Part shown: positions 1-8,153 of the stretch, piece by piece
Numbering within the stretch: position 1 is the stretch's first letter
How the letters are laid out: each line of letters starts with the position of its first letter
DNA from: Candidatus Methanophagaceae archaeon
GTDB taxonomy: Archaea; Halobacteriota; Syntropharchaeia; Alkanophagales; Methanospirareceae
Assembly: GCA_003194425.1 (NCBI GenBank)
Contig: PQXB01000001.1
Span: forward strand, 1,082,728 to 1,114,727
Direction: 5' to 3'
DNA: 32,000 nucleotides
Translations under genes and position numbers: made by a program
Notes under the pieces: generated by a model
Told to the model about the DNA's origin: nothing
Databases searched by the model: none
Seen by the model: only the letters and a program-made list of their open reading frames with translations

Positions 1-500
1 ACCCCCCGCAGCCCGTACCGCGCGCAGAGAACAATCAGACTCAAGGGCAGCGGACCGCTGCCGAGAAAGAGGACGCGGTCGCCCGGTTTTAGTCCTGCTC
101 CCTGAAATTCAGTCCGAGCGAGTTGGACGTAGTTGGGGAAGTAGGCGAAATTTCTGAGCGTCCTCCACGGGTCTCTGCTCGCCAGCACGAGTTTTGCGTG
201 CTCGATTTCCAGTTTCGCAGTGTAGAGGCTTCTGAACCGAGTAAGAACCTCGAACGTGGAATTGTACCGCGAGCTTGAGAGAATCTCTTCTGCGCGTTTG
301 TCGCAAATGTCCAGCGCAATCAGACGGTCCAGTCGTCGAAAAACATTGTTAAGCCCGTTCGAGGGCGTGGAGTCCTGAAAGATTTCTTTCTTCCCACGAC
401 CTTTAATCGCGGAATAAATCTCCTTAATCTCCTCTGTTATCGCCCCCGCGCAATAGCACGTATTCTTACTCCTACATTCATTTTTATGAATCGCTCTCAT
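1..500 (-). CDS. Nicotianamine synthase-like protein (thermonicotianamine-synthase family); N-terminal ~166 aa, 3' end beyond window
   Basis: Absent from the ORF track because it is open to the window edge. Own translation from ATG (minus) at 500: MRAIHKNECRSKN...RFRSLYTAKLEIEHAKLVLASRDPWRTLRNFAYFPNYVQLARTEFQGAGLKPGDRVLFLGSGPLPLSLIVL... The DPW..LR.F.YFPNY..L...E and V.F.GSGPLPLS motifs match plant NAS and archaeal MTH675-type enzymes as I recall them. Confidence 0.75.
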   Translation of the reverse strand, partial: MRAIHKNECRSKNTCYCAGAITEEIKEIYSAIKGRGKKEIFQDSTPSNGLNNVFRRLDRLIALDICDKRAEEILSSSRYNSTFEVLTRFRSLYTAKLEIEHAKLVLASRDPWRTLRNFAYFPNYVQLARTEFQGAGLKPGDRVLFLGSGPLPLSLIVLCARYGLRG

Positions 501-716
501 AATTTACTCTAAATGAACCTCTCTATAAAAACCCTCAATTCTACGCAGGTAGATTTAAGAATAAAACCCAATTACAGCCTAAAACATCTAACAGACCCTT
601 TTAAAATGATATTTCTTATTATGCTTTTTTGATTCGTAACACCGCGAATATTTTGAGATAGAAGGGGGGGAGAGGGAGAAAGCAGGGGAAAAGTGAGGAG
701 GGGGAAAAAAGTCGTG

Positions 717-1721
717 TTAGTGGTGCTCGTACTTGCGCCGCCACCTCTCCACGCCCTCGTGCGTGTGCTCGTGAATGTGCAGGTGAATGTGTCCTCCCTC
801 GGTCTCAATCGTCCTCGTCAGCCCCGCCACCGCCTCGTCAAGTGAGAGCGGCAGGCTCTCGCAACTGAACCCGAAACACTGCAGCACCTCAAAAATCTTA
901 AACACATCCGGGACATCCAAATTGTTCTTTTTCAGCAACTCGCCGTCAAAAAAAATCTCCCACGGCGTCCCACTCTCAATCACCGTCCGGTTCAGCGCGT
1001 AAATCCGGTCCGCAAGCTCGGGAATCGCATTCACATCGTGCGTCGCAATCACCATCGTGATCCCCTCCCGCTCGTTCAGCCGGTTCAGAATTCCAATCAA
1101 CTCCGTCCTGCTTCGTGGGTCAAGGTTCGCAGTCGGCTCGTCAAGCACCAGAACCCGCGGCTCCATCGCCAAGACCGCCGCCAACGACGCCTTCTTCTTC
1201 TCCCCAAAGCTGAGGTGGTGCGGCGCCCGGTCCTCGTAGCCCGAAAGCCCGAGCAACGCCAACACCTTCCTCACACGCTCTCGCACCTCGCTCTCTTGCA
1301 GCCCTAAATTTATCGGACCAAACGCGACATCGTCAAAGAGCGTCGGCATAAACAACTGGTCGTCAGGGTCCTGAAAGACCATTCCCACCTCTTTCACCAC
1401 TTCTTCCCTTTTCATTTCGCCCAAAGTCCTACCGAACAATTTCACCTCGCCACCAGTCCCACGCAGCGTCCCGTTAAGGTGCAGCAAAAAAGTCGTCTTG
1501 CCCGCTCCGTTCGGTCCCACAATCACAACCCGCTCCCCCTCGTACACTTTCATATTTACCTTCTCCAACGCTTTCGAGCCGTCTGGGTAGGTGTAACTCA
1601 GGTCTCTTACAGTTACCGCTTCTGCTTTTCTTTTCTTCGCTTCTCTTTTCTTCACCTCTCTTTTCTTCACCTCTCTTTTCTTCGCCTCTCTTCTCTTCGC
1701 CTCTCTTTTCATTTTTCTCAA
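717..1721 (-). CDS. cbiO: ECF-type nickel/cobalt transporter ATPase (CbiO/NikO)
   Basis: Walker A GPNGAGKT, signature-like LSFGEKKK, Walker B VLVLDEPTANLD, H-loop ATHD. Lies directly downstream of CbiQ/CbiM genes. Has an N-terminal K-R-E-[AV]-K pentapeptide repeat and a C-terminal His-rich tail. Confidence 0.85.
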   Translation of the reverse strand: MRKMKREAKRREAKKREVKKREVKKREAKKRKAEAVTVRDLSYTYPDGSKALEKVNMKVYEGERVVIVGPNGAGKTTFLLHLNGTLRGTGGEVKLFGRTLGEMKREEVVKEVGMVFQDPDDQLFMPTLFDDVAFGPINLGLQESEVRERVRKVLALLGLSGYEDRAPHHLSFGEKKKASLAAVLAMEPRVLVLDEPTANLDPRSRTELIGILNRLNEREGITMVIATHDVNAIPELADRIYALNRTVIESGTPWEIFFDGELLKKNNLDVPDVFKIFEVLQCFGFSCESLPLSLDEAVAGLTRTIETEGGHIHLHIHEHTHEGVERWRRKYEHH

Positions 1722-1727
1722 ATCTTC

Positions 1728-2516
1728 TTAAACCCCCCTTGCAAAAACAAAAGAAACCGCGTGCAAAGCAACAGCGAAGCCGACGATGAGAACCGCGAGC
1801 GCGTAGTCCCTCGCCTGCATCTTGAACTCAACCAGCGTCTTAGGATTCCTGGTTCCTGTGTAGCCCCGCGACCGCAACGCCTGGTACACCCGCTCCCCGC
1901 GCTCGTAGCTCCTGACAAAGAGCGTTCCCAGTGCTTTTCCGACCGTTCTGAGCGCGTACAGGCTCGGGCTTGTCCGCAGTTTGAACCCCCTCGCTTCCAT
2001 CGCCCGCCAAGTCCGCTGAAACTCGACAACGAAGACGAAGATGTAGCGGTAGGAGAACATAAGCATTTGGACGAGCATATTCGGGACTTTCAGCCTGTCC
2101 AGTGCTTTTATCGTGAGGTCGAACCGCGTGGTCGCGACCACCGGCAGAACGAGGACGACCGCAGAGTAAGCCCGCAGAGCCACCAAAACCCCGTACTCCA
2201 ACCCCTCGTAAGTCATTTTTAGCGCGTAGAACCTGAAGATCTCGTCGCCCTTCACCGTGAAAGGCAGAATCAGGAGGAACGGGACGATGAAAAACGAGAC
2301 CCACTTAATGTGTTGTGAGACGAAGCGGAGTGGCAGTCTTGAGGCTGCGAGGAAGGCGAGAGAGCCGAGCAGACCCGCGAACGCCAACCTCAAGTCCTGA
2401 ACCAGAACGACCGAGAAGATGAGGCAGAGAAAAGCGACTATTTTCGCTCGTGGGTCGAACCTGTGAATTGGGGAGTCGAGCGACGAGAAAAGGTCGATTT
2501 CAGGGTACTCTACCAT
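1728..2516 (-). CDS. cbiQ: ECF transporter transmembrane T component (CbiQ/NikQ)
   Basis: Polytopic membrane protein starting MVEYPEIDLFSSLDSPIHRFDPRAKI (typical CbiQ N-terminus), with ER..RA..ARG-type cytoplasmic motifs (FQRTWRAMEARGF). Start moved to Met45 (2516). The 44-aa Arg-rich extension in the track overlaps the upstream gene and looks non-coding. Confidence 0.8.
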   Translation of the reverse strand: MVEYPEIDLFSSLDSPIHRFDPRAKIVAFLCLIFSVVLVQDLRLAFAGLLGSLAFLAASRLPLRFVSQHIKWVSFFIVPFLLILPFTVKGDEIFRFYALKMTYEGLEYGVLVALRAYSAVVLVLPVVATTRFDLTIKALDRLKVPNMLVQMLMFSYRYIFVFVVEFQRTWRAMEARGFKLRTSPSLYALRTVGKALGTLFVRSYERGERVYQALRSRGYTGTRNPKTLVEFKMQARDYALAVLIVGFAVALHAVSFVFARGV

Positions 2517-2574
2517 CGCACTTTTTCTTTTTGGAAAAGAAAACCAACCTGCACTAAAAGAAAAATTACAGATT

Positions 2575-3102
2575 TTATTTTTTCTCCTCCTCTTTTTTCT
2601 CGTGCCTCTTCTTCTTCTGCTTCCAGCCCGTGTACGCCGCCGCAGCACCTGCTAAGCCCACCAAATACCCAAATCCGGCAACGACCCTCGAGTACAACGG
2701 CATTTCCGCTTCTACACCCGCTCCTACGCCTCCTGCACCTGCACCCGCGACTGTCTGACTTAAGTTTATCGTTGTCTCTCCTCGGTGCCCTGGCATATGA
2801 ACCGCGTCAACAACCACCCTGTACTCTTTTACTCCGATTTTCGGCGGGAAACTGAACTTCCCCTCCTTGTCTGTCGTCCCTTCGAAATACAAATTCCCTG
2901 CCTCGTCGTAGACCCTCACCTCAGCGTCCCGAACAGGCGTTCCACCGCCGAAGTAAGCCTCAACCTCGATTTCGCTTATTTTATGAACCACGTGCATTCG
3001 GTGAGCACTCACCTCGCCTGTGCAGAAGCACGAAAGCACTAGCGCTAACCCTGACACCAGCAACACTACAACCGCAAAACCAAAAATATCTTCTCCTTTC
3101 AT
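2575..3102 (-). CDS. NikL-like accessory membrane protein: N-terminal TM anchor, carboxypeptidase-regulatory/transthyretin-like beta-sandwich, C-terminal TM
   Basis: N-terminal hydrophobic segment. EVRVYDEAGNLYFEGTTDKEGKFSF is a classic CarboxypepD_reg-like motif. C-terminal hydrophobic segment followed by a Lys-rich tail. Sits where CbiN/NikL lies, with a 4-nt overlap to the cbiM/nikM stop. Confidence 0.5.
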   Translation of the reverse strand: MKGEDIFGFAVVVLLVSGLALVLSCFCTGEVSAHRMHVVHKISEIEVEAYFGGGTPVRDAEVRVYDEAGNLYFEGTTDKEGKFSFPPKIGVKEYRVVVDAVHMPGHRGETTINLSQTVAGAGAGGVGAGVEAEMPLYSRVVAGFGYLVGLAGAAAAYTGWKQKKKRHEKKEEEKK

Positions 3103-3821
3103 CTTTTCCCTTCTCCTAAACTCCCTACCAATTCTGGCTTGACTTTCAGCAGAAAAACCACGACCGAGCCGACGACCACTGTCTCTACCAAAATTATCGG
3201 AACGTGCGCGACTGCGAGAGCGAGAGCAACAGCAGTAAAAGTCCCCTCCTCTCCGCCCGAGAGAATGAGCGAGACCGCGGTGAAGACCACAGCCAGAAAG
3301 ACCGCCAGCCCGCCTGCGAGAGCACCGAATATTCCCGCTACTCCTTTACTTCCTTCACTTCCTTTACTTCCTTCACTTCCTTCACTTCTTTCTCTCCCTT
3401 CTCTCCCCTCTCTTCGCCCCCGCGCCAACCTGCACCCGCCCTTGAAGACGGCAGAGGCGAGCAGTGCGGCGACGCCCATATTTGCTGTGTTTATTCCGAT
3501 TGTCGTGATTCCGCCATGCTGAAAGAGGACAGCCTGAAGCAGAACGCCGATAAAAATCGCAGGGTAGGCGAGAATTCCGAGCGTTACACCGAGCAGGCCG
3601 TTGAGCAGGAAATGCGCGCTCGTCGGTCCTACTGGGACGTGAACGAGGGAAGCGACGAAGAACGCCGCGGTCATCACCGACAACCGCGGAATCTCCTCCG
3701 CTTCCCACCCTTCCCCCTGCCGCTTGCTCCACCAGAGTGCTACTGCAAGCAGCACGCCGGTTACTGCCCACCCTGCCGCCAAAACAGGCAGGGACAAGAC
3801 CCCGTCCGAAATGTGCACCAT
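3099..3821 (-). CDS. cbiM: ECF substrate-capture component CbiM/NikM
   Basis: N-terminus M-V-HISDGVLS resembles the conserved MHIxEG/MHIPDG metal-binding N-terminus. Multi-TM protein. Initiation at the GTG at 3818 would give exactly MHISDG. Has a charged REG/SEG/SKG repeat insert in a loop. Confidence 0.85.
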   Translation of the reverse strand: MVHISDGVLSLPVLAAGWAVTGVLLAVALWWSKRQGEGWEAEEIPRLSVMTAAFFVASLVHVPVGPTSAHFLLNGLLGVTLGILAYPAIFIGVLLQAVLFQHGGITTIGINTANMGVAALLASAVFKGGCRLARGRREGREGRERSEGSEGSKGSEGSKGVAGIFGALAGGLAVFLAVVFTAVSLILSGGEEGTFTAVALALAVAHVPIILVETVVVGSVVVFLLKVKPELVGSLGEGKR

Positions 3822-3866
3822 TTTTGTTCCTGCTCTCCTACCCCTGCTTTCTCTTCTTTTCTTTCC

Positions 3867-3908
3867 CCTCTTTTCTTACCGCTCCCCCCTCTTTTCTTAC
3901 CGCTCCCT
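3867..3908. repeat. 21-nt tandem duplication (x2) containing the nikK-like stop codon
   Basis: cctcttttcttaccgctccc occurs at 3867-3886 and 3888-3907. The stop (tta on plus strand, 3897-3899) lies in one copy and its duplicate lies just downstream. Confidence 0.8.
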
Positions 3909-4982
3909 CCTTTTTACCAAGTACGCCACGACAAACAACAGCCCCGCAACCGCGGCTGCCGCGCCAAACCCGGGTGCTCCTTTTCCTTCGCTCGCGGTCG
4001 TTTTCGCCTTCTCTTCCAATTCTCTCACACGGCTCTTCAGTTCCTCTAGTCCCGCTGGTGACGCCGTTTCTGCTGCTTCCTCTGCTGTAGTCGGGAACTT
4101 GTCCAAAACCGGAATTATGAAGACGCTCCGCTGCGTCACCCCTTCCTCTTCCGGCCCGTACGCACCGACGAACCAAATTCCAGGCTCGTCAAGCGTGTAA
4201 GCGAACTCACCCGCTGCGTTCGTCTTCGTCACCCGCGTGAACATCATCGGCGGGTCGTAAGCGAACTTCTTTTTTGCTTCCTCGACTACCGCGTCGCCCA
4301 CTGCTTTTGTGTGGTACTTTTCTACCTCTACTTCCGCGTCCGCAAGAGCACTCCCGTCGTACAACGCCTTCCCTGTGAAGACAAAGCCTTCCTCCAGACC
4401 GTAGGGTCGTGTGAAAGGCACGATTTCCGCTTTCTGCCCGTGCTCTCCTCCGACCCCGAGTTCCGCGTCCCAGCCTTCCCACACTTCTTCACCGCAGTGA
4501 ATCACCGCCTTCACGTAGTCCGTCAATTTCTCGCCCTCGTCCTTGTACTTCGCAAACACTACCCAGTCGCCCTGCTTGTCCACCGTGAACGAAACCTCGT
4601 ACGCCTTCTTCTCTTCTCCTGGCTCTCCTACTGTTATTTCTGTCGGCGTTAGCACCGTAACCGCACCCTTTGGGTCTCTAACCGAAACCTCGGGAACCGA
4701 AGCCATATCAAAGAGAATGTGCTCGTAGGGGTGCCCCCAAATAACCCAGACGGTCTTTGTCTCGCTCCAATTTGCGATGTAGTCTTCTGGCGTCACTTCC
4801 ATGTCCCCTCCCGGGAAGAGCATCGTGAAGTGCGCACTCGCCACACCCACTGTTCCTGCCACTACCACCGCTACCACTGCTGCCACTGCTGCTCCCAAGA
4901 GTAGCCTTGGTAACGAATTCGTTGCCACTGTTCTCGCTTTTTTTCTACTTTTCAGTTCCTTACCCTCTCTTCTTATTCGCAT
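3897..4982 (-). CDS. NikK-like (DUF4198) extracytoplasmic nickel-uptake protein with PGF-CTERM anchor
   Basis: Signal/TM segment followed by SAHFTMLFPGG...VWVIWGHPYEH (DUF4198-like His-containing N-terminus). Internal beta-sandwich-like segment. C-terminus GAPGFGAAAAVAGLLFVVAYLVKRRER is a PGF-CTERM motif. Confidence 0.65.
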   Translation of the reverse strand: MRIRREGKELKSRKKARTVATNSLPRLLLGAAVAAVVAVVVAGTVGVASAHFTMLFPGGDMEVTPEDYIANWSETKTVWVIWGHPYEHILFDMASVPEVSVRDPKGAVTVLTPTEITVGEPGEEKKAYEVSFTVDKQGDWVVFAKYKDEGEKLTDYVKAVIHCGEEVWEGWDAELGVGGEHGQKAEIVPFTRPYGLEEGFVFTGKALYDGSALADAEVEVEKYHTKAVGDAVVEEAKKKFAYDPPMMFTRVTKTNAAGEFAYTLDEPGIWFVGAYGPEEEGVTQRSVFIIPVLDKFPTTAEEAAETASPAGLEELKSRVRELEEKAKTTASEGKGAPGFGAAAAVAGLLFVVAYLVKRRER

Positions 4983-5055
4983 ATTTTCTTACCTTTATTT
5001 CTTTTTAAAAATCTTCTTATTAAAACTATTTTATATTTCACAAATACCCTAAACC

Positions 5056-6126
5056 CTAAAAGTACCCTTTTCTCCGTCTCCAAAGCAGGTAAATAAAGAA
5101 CGGAGCGCCGAAGAACGCGGTAATTATTCCAACAGGCATTTCACCTAAAACCCGCGCCAACGCGTCGGTCCACGCCAAAAAAATCGCCCCTACCAACGCG
5201 GACGCCGGGAAAAGAATTCGGTGGTCGGGACCGACGAGAATTCGCGTGATGTGTGGAATTATGAGACCCACGAACCCGATTGTTCCCACGAACGCGACTG
5301 CGGAAGCGGTAATGAACGCCGAGAGAATTAACAAGATTTTTTTCACCCCCTCCACATTTATGCCGAGCGTCTGCGCCGACTCCTCGCCGAGCAGCAGCGC
5401 GTTCAGGTCCTTCGCAAAAATGTAAATCAAGCCGAAGCAGAGTAGCACCGGCAGTGCCGTTACTTCCACCTCCCGCCACCTCGCTTTCCAGAGCCCGCCC
5501 ATCAGCCAGAAGAAGATGTTGTGCAAGTCCTTTCCTGCAACAAACATTAGAAACGAGAGAACCGCACCAAAGAACATCGAGACCGCGATTCCAGTGAGCA
5601 ACAAAGAGTCAACAGGAATTCTGCCCCCTTCTCCCGCTCCCGCTCCCGCTCCCCCGCCAGTCCGTGCGATGCTGTAAACCAGAAAAGTGGTAAAGACGGC
5701 GCCCAAGAACGCCAAAAACGGCGTAGTGTAGCCTCCTAAGAACCGCGGGACTACAGTCAGCGAGAGAGCAGCGCCGACCGCAGCCCCAGACGCAATCCCA
5801 ATTATGTACGGGTCTGCCATCGGATTTTTGAAGAGCCCCTGCAGCGTTGTCCCCGCGGTCGCCAACGCAAAACCAACCAACAACCCCAAAAAAATCCGCG
5901 GCAGCCTGATTTGGAAAATTATCGTCTCGTACTTCTGCGGAACCAAAGCCGCAGCGGTCTCGCAGAGCTGCAGTTTGCCGCAGAACAAAGCGACAATTTC
6001 TGACGGCGGCACGTAGACAGGACCGACTGCCGTCGTCAGCACCACCGTAACGGCTAAAATCGCAACCAAGTAAAGCAGCACCAGTCGCCAGTGAAGGAAC
6101 TTCTTAAATTTCATTTCAACAGCCAA
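5056..6126 (-). CDS. FecCD/BtuC-family ABC transporter permease (iron-chelate/corrinoid type)
   Basis: IRLPRIFLGLLVGFALATAGTTLQGLFKNPMADPYIIGIASGAAVG is the FecCD family signature region. Polytopic membrane protein. Contains a GGGAGAGAGEGG insert. Confidence 0.85.
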   Translation of the reverse strand: MAVEMKFKKFLHWRLVLLYLVAILAVTVVLTTAVGPVYVPPSEIVALFCGKLQLCETAAALVPQKYETIIFQIRLPRIFLGLLVGFALATAGTTLQGLFKNPMADPYIIGIASGAAVGAALSLTVVPRFLGGYTTPFLAFLGAVFTTFLVYSIARTGGGAGAGAGEGGRIPVDSLLLTGIAVSMFFGAVLSFLMFVAGKDLHNIFFWLMGGLWKARWREVEVTALPVLLCFGLIYIFAKDLNALLLGEESAQTLGINVEGVKKILLILSAFITASAVAFVGTIGFVGLIIPHITRILVGPDHRILFPASALVGAIFLAWTDALARVLGEMPVGIITAFFGAPFFIYLLWRRRKGYF

Positions 6127-8153
6127 CCAAAGAAAAACCTGAAGATTTTTTCAAATATTGACGGCTTTGGCGGCGGCGCGGCGGCTGCTCTACTTGAATT
6201 TGTCTGCTTGGCTGTCTGCTTTTGAGAATGCGAGGTCGTAGCAGCCGTGCTAAAGTTCGTCTGCGAAGGCGTTGCTCTTGGCGTCGTCGTAACCGCTACT
6301 CTTGGCGTCGGCGTTACCGCTGCTGCGGACGGTGTTGGTGCCGGTGTCGGAGTCGGCGAGCCTTCGGTCTCGTTTCTCGTTTCTAACGCGGCGCAAATTG
6401 CGAAAGTTCCAAACGACGGGCTTCTCGCTGTGTAAAAAACTTTCTCACTGCTTTCTCCTCCTGTCCCTGTCTCGCTCGTGTTCAGCTCTGCCCAAGTTTC
6501 GTTCTCGTCGTCGTAGCGGAACAAGGAGACGGTTTTAGCAGCGGCTTGGGGGTTTAGCGGTTTAGCAGCCAACCACGACTTACTCACGCTGAAGTTCAGC
6601 CGCACCCACTCCACGCTGCCTTCTAAATCCTCTGCAGAGAGGGCGAAGCATTTGTAAGTCGCGAGAGCGAGAGAAGAAGTAGGAGCAGGAGCAGAAGTAG
6701 AAGCAGGACCAGAAGTAGAAGCAGAAGTAGGAGCAGGCTGCTGAGCCGGTTCTACAGAAATGCTCGTAAATTTCACCTCTCCTTCCTCCCCGGCTTTTAC
6801 TCTAATCTCGTCCAGGCAGTCGTAGTCGTCTTCTCCTTCTAATTTCACAACCGCTTCTTCACCTGCTTCAACCGTCTTGTAGTTGTCGTCGTCCTCAACG
6901 GCAGCGAAAAAATCACTGAAATTCTGATGAACAATTTCTACTGCCTCCACCACTCTCGGACCTGGTCTTGATATTATGTCTCCGTCGATTACATAAACCC
7001 GATTATTCTTCACGGCGTCCAGATTCTTCAGCCGCTCGTCGTTCATTATTTGCTCGTACGCAATACTCATCTCGCCCATTCCGCTGTCGCAGATGATAAC
7101 TTGCGGATTCTTTTCAATGAGCTCCTCAAGGCTCATTATAAAATATCCTGTCTTGCCGTCTGCAGCCGCGATGTTTTTGCCGCCTGCGATTTCAATTATC
7201 TCGTCTGCAAATGTCTCCTTGCCCGCGGTAAAGAAGTCGCCGATGTTGTAAAACACCCTCGGTCTTTGCTCTTCTTCCAAGAACTCTGTCTTTTGCTCTA
7301 CCGCTCCTAACCTCCTTCTCAAATCTTCTAAAAGAGACAAAGCCTCCGCCTTGCGTTTCTCAATCGTGCCTACGACTTTTATGTGCCTAAAAATCGCCTC
7401 GATATTCTTCGGATGCATTGCATAAACCTTATAGCCCGACTCCCGCAGGTAATAAATCACACCAGCAGGGTTGCCGTGAGCACCAACGACCAAATCCGGC
7501 TCCAAATCCACAATCTTCTCGAAACTCGGCGTTGAATACCCGCCAATCTTTTTTATCTCTTTCACTTCTGGCGGGTAGTCGCAGAACTCGGTAACGCCGA
7601 CAACGCTCTCGCCTGCACCCACCGCGAATAAAACCTCGGTGCAGCTCGGCGCCATCGAAACCAGCCGCTCGGGTCGCTTTAAAAACCGCAGCTGGTAGTT
7701 TTCAAGCCCCTCCAGTTCACAAGCGTCGTTCTCCTCTCCTACTACCAGCCAGACCGAGAGATTCCAAGTCGCAGACACAGTTTCATTTTCTGCCTCTCCT
7801 ACACCTACTCCCACGACGCTGACATTGTAAATCCCGTACTCTTCGTCCTCAAAGCCAAGAGTAAAATCTGCACTCTCTCCTTCCGATTTTTTCGTCTCCT
7901 CTCCGTTCACCGACCACGACCACTCGTAAACCGTGCCTGCGCTAGAGTCTGAGGAGACGCGGAACTCCACCTCCTTGCTCTCTTCTACTCCGACTTCAAC
8001 TGAAAAAATAGTGGCGTCGTCTTCGGTCACGCTGTTCCATTTCGTGAGGTCGCTGCTTCCAAACGCTGTCCCGAGGACTGTCCCGAAGAGGGTCAGCGGA
8101 ATTAAGAGAGAGAGCAGAAGAAAAGCGACGAAGACTTTAATTTTTGCACTCAT
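6111..8153 (-). CDS. Multidomain cluster-A (BtuF/FhuD-like) substrate-binding protein: N-terminal Ig/PKD-like domain, binding domain, PGF-pre-PGF-like domain, Thr/Pro-rich tail
   Basis: Core RLVSMAPSCTEVLFAVGAGESVVGVTEFCDYP...DLVVG...NPQVIICDSG...NNRVYVIDGDIISRPGPRVVEAVE is typical of PF01497-type binding proteins. Overlaps the permease start by 16 nt. Confidence 0.8.
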   Translation of the reverse strand: MSAKIKVFVAFLLLSLLIPLTLFGTVLGTAFGSSDLTKWNSVTEDDATIFSVEVGVEESKEVEFRVSSDSSAGTVYEWSWSVNGEETKKSEGESADFTLGFEDEEYGIYNVSVVGVGVGEAENETVSATWNLSVWLVVGEENDACELEGLENYQLRFLKRPERLVSMAPSCTEVLFAVGAGESVVGVTEFCDYPPEVKEIKKIGGYSTPSFEKIVDLEPDLVVGAHGNPAGVIYYLRESGYKVYAMHPKNIEAIFRHIKVVGTIEKRKAEALSLLEDLRRRLGAVEQKTEFLEEEQRPRVFYNIGDFFTAGKETFADEIIEIAGGKNIAAADGKTGYFIMSLEELIEKNPQVIICDSGMGEMSIAYEQIMNDERLKNLDAVKNNRVYVIDGDIISRPGPRVVEAVEIVHQNFSDFFAAVEDDDNYKTVEAGEEAVVKLEGEDDYDCLDEIRVKAGEEGEVKFTSISVEPAQQPAPTSASTSGPASTSAPAPTSSLALATYKCFALSAEDLEGSVEWVRLNFSVSKSWLAAKPLNPQAAAKTVSLFRYDDENETWAELNTSETGTGGESSEKVFYTARSPSFGTFAICAALETRNETEGSPTPTPAPTPSAAAVTPTPRVAVTTTPRATPSQTNFSTAATTSHSQKQTAKQTNSSRAAAAPPPKPSIFEKIFRFFFGWLLK

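Noticed and set aside
655-712. Long purine tract (gaaggggggagagggagaaagcaggggaaaagtgaggaggggg), with similar tracts at ~9045-9080 and ~19060-19100, considered as G-quadruplex or riboswitch candidates
   Set aside because: They sit immediately 3' of genes and read as pyrimidine/T-rich runs on the transcribed strand. That is consistent with ordinary archaeal termination regions. No conserved structure is evident.
1728-2648. Full-length 306-aa version of the CbiQ ORF
   Set aside because: The first 44 codons are an Arg/Lys-rich stretch overlapping the 3' end of the upstream gene. The canonical CbiQ N-terminus begins at Met45 (2516).
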